NCBI GenBank assembly: GCA_963668025.2
Contig: CAXXTH010000011.1
Coordinates: 96,001-160,000, forward strand
DNA length: 64,000 bases
Direction: 5' to 3'
From: Candidatus Hydrogenedentota bacterium
GTDB taxonomy: Bacteria > Hydrogenedentota > Hydrogenedentia > Hydrogenedentales > SLHB01
Position 1 is the first letter of the stretch. Every line of letters starts with the position of its first letter. Shown piece by piece: positions 58,342 through 64,000 of this stretch. The notes beneath the pieces are model-generated. The model was not told the DNA's origin, did not search any database, and saw only the letters and a list, made by a program, of their open reading frames with translations. The translations under genes were made by a program, and so were the position numbers.

Positions 58342-59733
58342 CTATTTAATAGCTTCGGAGGGCAAAACAGCGTCCTTCTCCCTGTTTTCTCTCCCTTTTT
58401 GATCCAGCCGGTATAAAGTTGGAATGAATAGTCCCGCCGTGACCACCGCAGATAGGATGTCGGCAGTAGCAAAAGACAGCCAAACTCCGAGAATGCCAAA
58501 AAACCAAGGCAGCACAAACACCAGGGGCAATAAAAAAAGAATCTGGCGCGACATGGACAGCACATGCGTGGGGAGCGCTTTGCCAAGGGCTTCAAACATG
58601 CTCGAACCTACGATCTGGAATCCCACCAAAGGAAGACCTATGGATAAAATACGGATGATATTGCTTCCCTCTTCGATCAAAAAGGGGTCGTTGCCAAATA
58701 GGCCCACGATGCGTTCTGGAAACAGTTCCAGCAGGAGGAAGCCCAAAATGGATACGGCGCTGGCGGCCAATACCGCCTTGATTACGGTTTCCCGCACGCG
58801 ATGCCAGTTTTTCGCCCCATAGTTGAATCCAACAATGGGCTGCATGCCTTGCACTAATCCGATCAATGGCATGAACAGGAAAGTGAACAGGCGATTGGCC
58901 ACGCCCAGCACCGCGAGATGCAGGTCTTGGCCGTAATGGATGATGGTCGTATTGATGGCAATGGCGACCAGGCTTCCAGCGGCTACGCGTGTAAATGAGG
59001 CGCTGCCAATACGAAGCACTTCGGGCAATATATCGAAACTGGGCTTCAAATTGGCAAATGTGATGTGCAGCATGCTTTTGCCGTGCATGAAGAAATGGAG
59101 GAGATACATGGCGGAACCGATGTTCGCGATGACCGTGGCGACGGCGGCCCCCCATACTCCCCATTTGAATCCAAAAATGAAGATGGGATCCAAGATGGTA
59201 TTCGTGATGCCGCCAATGAGCATGCTGACCATGGCGGCTTTGGTGTTTCCTTCCGAACGGACGAGACAATTAGCGGAAACCGCGAAAGTAAAGAAAATGC
59301 TGCCCATGAAAATGACGGACATGTACTCGTATGCATAGGGCATAATGGCTTCCGTCGCGCCGAAACACCGAAGAAGCGGCCTTAGAAACATCAATCCCAG
59401 CACGGTCAGGAATATGCTCAATACGGCCACATAAAGGAATGAACTGCCCGCTGTCCGGTCGGCCCGGCGCGTATCGCCCGCGCCCAAACTCCTGGATATA
59501 ACGGACGCGGAGCCAATGCCAATCACATGCGCGGTGGCCAGCGTGATCATTTGAATCGGGAACGCCACGGCGAGACCCGCCAGCGCCATTGGCCCCACAC
59601 CCTGCCCCACGAAAATGGCGTCCACCAGATTGTAGAGGGAATTCACACACATGGCGACAATCGCCGGCGTGGAATAGCGTATTAATAAACGGCCCACATG
59701 CTCGTGGCCAAGCTCATATCTGCGTTCTTCCAT
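58342..59733 (-). CDS. MATE-family efflux transporter (MepA-like)
   Basis: LYNLVDAIFVG, VRSEG, NTILDPIFIF, GAAVAT, QPIVGFNYGA. Confidence 0.93.
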   Translation of the reverse strand: MEERRYELGHEHVGRLLIRYSTPAIVAMCVNSLYNLVDAIFVGQGVGPMALAGLAVAFPIQMITLATAHVIGIGSASVISRSLGAGDTRRADRTAGSSFLYVAVLSIFLTVLGLMFLRPLLRCFGATEAIMPYAYEYMSVIFMGSIFFTFAVSANCLVRSEGNTKAAMVSMLIGGITNTILDPIFIFGFKWGVWGAAVATVIANIGSAMYLLHFFMHGKSMLHITFANLKPSFDILPEVLRIGSASFTRVAAGSLVAIAINTTIIHYGQDLHLAVLGVANRLFTFLFMPLIGLVQGMQPIVGFNYGAKNWHRVRETVIKAVLAASAVSILGFLLLELFPERIVGLFGNDPFLIEEGSNIIRILSIGLPLVGFQIVGSSMFEALGKALPTHVLSMSRQILFLLPLVFVLPWFFGILGVWLSFATADILSAVVTAGLFIPTLYRLDQKGRENREKDAVLPSEAIK

Positions 59734-59928
59734 TCTGATTCTCTCGCTGGTCCAAACGAGATATTGTTTGAGTCCAACTTTGTATTAACGGCAACAGAAC
59801 TGATATCTGCACATCTTTGGCCTATTCCTGGATGAATGGCGTGCAGGACATTTTACTTACATTGCATACATACACACAAAACCCGCTCTGAAATATCCTA
59901 TGAGTCTCGGCTTTTAGCTCGTTTCACC

Positions 59929-61356
59929 TTAAAAAGTTAATTTTGCCTCTGTGGCCTGGTGCGGCTGGACGGTAACCATGATCTCATTCGCATCTGGAGG
60001 CTGTCCCTCAAAAATATCTCTGCTGGAAAACCGATAACGTCCGGACGGTATCTCTTTGAATTCACAAACGCCGTTAGTGTCCGCCGTACTTTCACCATTC
60101 CAGCAACCAGCGCCGAAACGATCCGCTTCTTGGATATAGATCCGGATTTTCTTGGAGTCTTGGATTGTGACAGGATTGCCTTGCACATTCACGAGTTGGA
60201 TTCGTACCGTTCCCGTCGGCGTCATTCTTAAAACACATTCGGAACCGTCAGGTAAGCCCTCTTTGCGGATTTCTAAGGGCTCTTTGGGATCCCATCGATA
60301 TTTATAACCCGCGATATCACATTGTAGTAGTAATTTACCTACTGGTACTCCAGAAAGCTCAAAATGGCCTTGGTCATCGGTCATAGCAGTTAGCTTTTCC
60401 GTCATGGAGTACATGGGATAACCTAATCCGTCAGGTCCCTTAAAACCTAGCGGCCAGACCTTCACATTACCCAAAGGATGGCCATTTTCATCCACCACGG
60501 TACCCGCCAGCGAGACTTCCGGAGCCAAGCGGCCTACAAATACTAGATAATCATTGACACTGCAAGATGAGTATCCAAGGAAACGCGGTGCATAACCGGG
60601 TGCTGTTGCGAAGACGTGATACGAGCCGGCCTGAACTCCGGTGGCAATTGCTTCGCCTTGGGATTCTACAGTCACCTCCATATGCACTTGGCTATCATCG
60701 CCAGTAGCCATAATCCGCAAAGTAGAGCCTGGGATAGGTTTCCCCTGGTAATCCGTTATAGTTGCTCGAATCACGGAACCGCTTCCAGGCGGAAAACCGT
60801 TAGATGTCGCCCGCTGATCTCGGACCGACATATTCGCCGGGACTTCGATCTTCGACCAATCGGGACCATCTTCCCATAACCAGACCTCCATCCGTGGAGC
60901 AGGAACGGGACCATCCATATCGAAACTATCCGGATCGAAACTATCCGGATTATTATAAAGATGCTCCCATTTTTCCGGCACCCAAACATCGAAAGACCAA
61001 TCGTAACCATTAAGCTCGATGATCGAGTTTTTACCACGACCCTCATGAAGCACCACTTCGAGATGTTCAGCGTTGATGGTGGAAAAGGCATTGAGCGCAT
61101 TCTGAAACTTGGCAGTATCACCACAATAGTAGAACGTCCAATCTCCGCCTCCAAAAGGCGGCCCTTCTTCCCAGCCCACACGCGTTTCAAGATTGGCTAC
61201 TGCCAAGGCACCCGCAGGCCATCCTGGATCATGGACAGGCTCGTTGCCTTTACCAGTAGTGATCATTCCTTGAGCCGGATGTGGCGCTCCCAAAAACGCT
61301 ACAACAATCAAGACTGAAACAAAACGAGCGCTTTTTAGTGTGCTGCGTATGAACAT
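59929..61356 (-). CDS. Secreted protein with carboxypeptidase-regulatory-like (CnaB-type) domains and an uncharacterised N-terminal domain
   Basis: Signal peptide; GTVVDENGHPLGNVKV, TDDQGHFELSGVP repeats; SD AAGGAAGGG. Confidence 0.75.
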   Translation of the reverse strand: MFIRSTLKSARFVSVLIVVAFLGAPHPAQGMITTGKGNEPVHDPGWPAGALAVANLETRVGWEEGPPFGGGDWTFYYCGDTAKFQNALNAFSTINAEHLEVVLHEGRGKNSIIELNGYDWSFDVWVPEKWEHLYNNPDSFDPDSFDMDGPVPAPRMEVWLWEDGPDWSKIEVPANMSVRDQRATSNGFPPGSGSVIRATITDYQGKPIPGSTLRIMATGDDSQVHMEVTVESQGEAIATGVQAGSYHVFATAPGYAPRFLGYSSCSVNDYLVFVGRLAPEVSLAGTVVDENGHPLGNVKVWPLGFKGPDGLGYPMYSMTEKLTAMTDDQGHFELSGVPVGKLLLQCDIAGYKYRWDPKEPLEIRKEGLPDGSECVLRMTPTGTVRIQLVNVQGNPVTIQDSKKIRIYIQEADRFGAGCWNGESTADTNGVCEFKEIPSGRYRFSSRDIFEGQPPDANEIMVTVQPHQATEAKLTF

Positions 61357-61428
61357 TTCACCCTTCCTTTCTGTGTTGCGCGATCTTTGAACACTTCAGC
61401 TCTACTCAGCGCCAGGGAACAGCATACA

Positions 61429-62418
61429 TTAAGATGCTAGCCAAGCCGCCGCCTCTTTCGCCCAATAGGTAATGATGATGCGAGCGCCTGCCCGGCGAAT
61501 GGCCGTGAGCATTTCGAGCGCGGTGCGCTTCTCATCGAGCCAGCCCCGTTCCGCCGCCGCTTTGACCATGGCACATTCGCCGGAGACCTGGTAGGCGGCG
61601 ATGGGGACATCAAAACGGTCCGACGCCGCGCGCACGATATCGAGATACGCAAGTGCGGGTTTCACCATGACGATATCCGCCCCTTCTTCGATATCGAGGG
61701 CGATTTCGCGCATGGCCTCCCGTGCATTGGGCGGATCCATCTGATAGGTGGTGCGGTCGCCGAATTGCGGGGGCGACTCGGCGGCTTCCCGGAAGGGGCC
61801 ATAAAAAGCGGAAGCATATTTCGCACTATACGCCATAATAGCCACATCTTGGAGGCCCGCGTTATCCAGGCATGCCCGAATAGCCCCTACGCGCCCGTCC
61901 ATCATGTCGGACGGAGCCACCACATCGGCTCCCGCTTGCGCATGGGCCAGGGCTTCACGCACAAGCAATTCAAGGCTCGCGTCGTTGTCCACATATGGCG
62001 CGCCGGAGCGGCCGGTCCGCACGACTCCGCAATGGCCATGGTCCATATATTCGCAGAGGCACACATCCGTCATCACACATAGGGAAGGACACTGTTTTTT
62101 AAGCGCCTCGACGGCCCGGCACACGATAGCGCCTTCCGCATACGCCCCTGAAGCTGCGGCGTCTTTGTGTTCTGGAATGCCGAAGAGCAACACGGATTTG
62201 ACGCCTGCGTCTGCTGCCGCTTTTGCTTCTTCCACCAGCATATCCACCGATAATTGGGCATGCCCAGGCATGGAAGTGATGGGCCTGCGCACTCCCTCGC
62301 CAGGCCGGACGAAAAACGGCAGCACGAGCGAGCCGGGCTCCACCTGGGTCTCGCGCACCATGCCTCGCAACACCGGATTCACCCGTAAACGCCGCATTCG
62401 CGTGATTGGATACCCCAC
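61429..62418 (-). CDS. hemB: Porphobilinogen synthase (ALA dehydratase)
   Basis: DVCLCEY..HGHCG, APSDMMDGR, SAKYASAFYGPFR, MVKPA, YQVSGE. Confidence 0.97.
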   Translation of the reverse strand: MGYPITRMRRLRVNPVLRGMVRETQVEPGSLVLPFFVRPGEGVRRPITSMPGHAQLSVDMLVEEAKAAADAGVKSVLLFGIPEHKDAAASGAYAEGAIVCRAVEALKKQCPSLCVMTDVCLCEYMDHGHCGVVRTGRSGAPYVDNDASLELLVREALAHAQAGADVVAPSDMMDGRVGAIRACLDNAGLQDVAIMAYSAKYASAFYGPFREAAESPPQFGDRTTYQMDPPNAREAMREIALDIEEGADIVMVKPALAYLDIVRAASDRFDVPIAAYQVSGECAMVKAAAERGWLDEKRTALEMLTAIRRAGARIIITYWAKEAAAWLAS

Positions 62419-62529
62419 AACGAAATCTCCTTATAAATCTCAATACACTAGCATGCAGTATAGCACGCCTTCATGCGCATACACTCATCCTGTCTTCAGG
62501 GTAATTGCATTGTAAGCAATCCTGAATTG

Positions 62530-62593
62530 GCCTCAAGAGGCACAAAAGACGCAAGAATGAATTCATTTTTGCGTCTTTTGCGTCTTTTGTGGC
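62530..62593. repeat. 64-bp loopless imperfect palindrome built from 9-bp-period units
   Basis: GCCTCAAGAGGCACAAAAGACGCAAGAATGAA|TTCATTTTTGCGTCTTTTGCGTCTTTTGTGGC, 27/32 complementary. Confidence 0.8.
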
Positions 62594-62826
62594 TCATTCT
62601 CTGAAAATGGGGGAGAGGCGTTTCAGATATGTTTGGACAAACTAACACAAATACTCTGATCAGAAGGAAAAACATAGTTTTTCTATGCGAAGATCCTGAA
62701 GGCCTGCGTAGTTGACCCTTTGATGGGCAATTGTTAGGATTAAGGTCTAGGATACGGCGATGACGCTGCAATCTGGCGGACGGAAGTGTGGTGCAGTCTG
62801 TCGCCTCGTGGCGTAAGGATTTTATA

Positions 62827-63432
62827 TTGAATACGATTACCGATAGCGATGAAGTTCGGTCGCCGGATTTTGAAAAGCTGGTGCTGGAACATCTCGATAT
62901 GTTGTATGCGGTAGCATTGCGCCTGACCCGCAATGCAGCGGATGCGCAAGATCTTACTCAAAATACGGTCGTCAAAGCGTTGCGATTCCATGCGAAATTT
63001 GAGCAAGGAACCTATATAAAAGCGTGGCTGTTGACGATTCTGCGCAATACCTTCATCAATGAATACCGCCGCAAATCGAGGAGGCCCGCCTTTGTCGAGC
63101 TTTCAGGCACGGAGGCCGCGGAGAATCCCTCTCCTGATCCAGAAGTGGGGTATTCCACTACCAAGGGTGGTTCCGAAGAACTGCTTGAGCTCCTGGATGA
63201 TGAAGTAAAACACGCTGTCGAGTCGCTGCCAGGAGATTTCAGGGATGCCGTGGTGATGGCGGATCTCGAGGACATGTCGTATAAAGAGATCGCGGAAGCC
63301 ATGAATTGCCCCTTGGGAACCGTTATGTCGCGCTTGTATCGCGGACGGAAGCTGCTTCGTGAGATTCTACTTGATTACGCCACGGAACGGCGGCTCGTGC
63401 CGAAGCATGAAAAGGCGGTTGCAAAGGTATAA
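62827..63432 (+). CDS. ECF RNA polymerase sigma factor (SigH/SigR-like)
   Basis: ALRLTRN..DAQDL, KAWLLTILRNTFIN, SYKEIAE...GTVMSRLYRGR; TTG 62827 follows SD TAAGGA (GTG 62788 is an alternative). Confidence 0.9.
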   Translation: MNTITDSDEVRSPDFEKLVLEHLDMLYAVALRLTRNAADAQDLTQNTVVKALRFHAKFEQGTYIKAWLLTILRNTFINEYRRKSRRPAFVELSGTEAAENPSPDPEVGYSTTKGGSEELLELLDDEVKHAVESLPGDFRDAVVMADLEDMSYKEIAEAMNCPLGTVMSRLYRGRKLLREILLDYATERRLVPKHEKAVAKV

Positions 63433-63482
63433 TGCGGCCGGTATGTCTCCGCATTTCATAAAAATGATCGTTCGATATGGCC

Positions 63483-64000
63483 TAGTACCCCGTAAGTCCT
63501 AAAAGGCTGAATAAAAAAGTGTATCTTGCCGATATATCCAGAGGGAGGAATGGGTCTTTCCTTTGGAGGATAACGGCAATGCCCACAAAGCGATACGTAG
63601 TTCGGTTGACAGAAGAGGAGCGCCAGCAACTCCATGGCTTGGTAAGCAAGGGCAAGGCGGCGGCATACAAAATCAGGCACGCCAACATCCTGCTCAAGGC
63701 AGATTGCGACGGGCCGAATTGGAAGGACGAACAGATAGCCGAAGCCTTTGGCTGCCACCGCACCACGGTGGAAGAGGTGCGCAAACGGCTGGTCACGCAA
63801 GGCATCGAATCCGCCCTGGGCCGCAAGAAGCGGGAAACGCCGCCGACCCCGCGCCGACTCGACGGCGACGCCGAAGCCCGGCTGGTTGCCATCGCTTGCG
63901 GAAAAGCTCCGGAAGGCCGGGCGAAATGGACCATGCGGCTCTTGGCGGACAAACTGGTGGAATTGGGGATCGTGGATTCGGTCTCGCACACGACCGTCTG
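63483..64000 (+). mobile_element. IS630-family insertion sequence, left end (truncated by window)
   Basis: CTAG followed by TACCCCGTAAG left end; transposase ORF follows. Confidence 0.8.
63579..64000 (+). CDS. IS630-family transposase, N-terminal HTH part (partial)
   Basis: MPTKRYVVRLTEEER...ILLKAD...IAEAFGC..TVEEVRKR...LDGDAEARLVAIAC..PEGRAKWTMRLLA; SD GGAGGA; absent from the ORF track because it is open at the window end. Confidence 0.9.
   Translation, partial: MPTKRYVVRLTEEERQQLHGLVSKGKAAAYKIRHANILLKADCDGPNWKDEQIAEAFGCHRTTVEEVRKRLVTQGIESALGRKKRETPPTPRRLDGDAEARLVAIACGKAPEGRAKWTMRLLADKLVELGIVDSVSHTTV

Noticed and set aside
63456-63991. Two minus-strand ORFs at the window end
   Set aside because: Antisense shadows of the IS630 transposase
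1-64000. CRISPR array, tRNA, rRNA, riboswitch, prophage or defence genes
   Set aside because: Repeats are dispersed palindromes without regular spacers; no such structures or genes recognised by eye (a covariance-model scan was not possible)

Overview
Bacterial chromosomal window, roughly 55-60% GC in genes with AT-richer intergenic gaps. The gene content resembles a diderm anaerobe such as Hydrogenedentota or PVC-like lineages (inference only). In order it holds: (1) two sodium:solute-symporter-linked carbohydrate loci (partial SSS, PIG-L deacetylase and two paralogous secreted clan GH-A hydrolases; then GH106-like, SSS, GH13-like and DUF6259-like); (2) a split aromatic pathway (acyltransferase-trpD-trpC-trpF-trpB-trpA-prepilin peptidase-aroC on the minus strand, hisI-trpE-trpG on the plus strand); (3) hypothetical-IHF/HU-tatC-tatB; (4) a four-gene envelope phospho-signalling cluster (secreted VWA protein, FHA-FHA-ABC transporter, membrane Ser/Thr kinase, glycine-zipper lipoprotein); (5) wecA-like, O-antigen-ligase-TPR and TPR genes; (6) a complete Thermus-order V/A-type ATPase operon followed by a PTS EIIA gene; (7) MATE, hemB, an ECF sigma factor and the left end of an IS630-family element. 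Intergenic DNA carries several REP-like palindrome families and a ~200-bp composite MITE-like element in 3 copies plus a fragment. Most notable: the VWA/FHA-ABC/kinase/lipoprotein module, a candidate His+Trp leader peptide upstream of hisI-trpEG, and the composite repeat element. No rRNA, tRNA or CRISPR array was seen.
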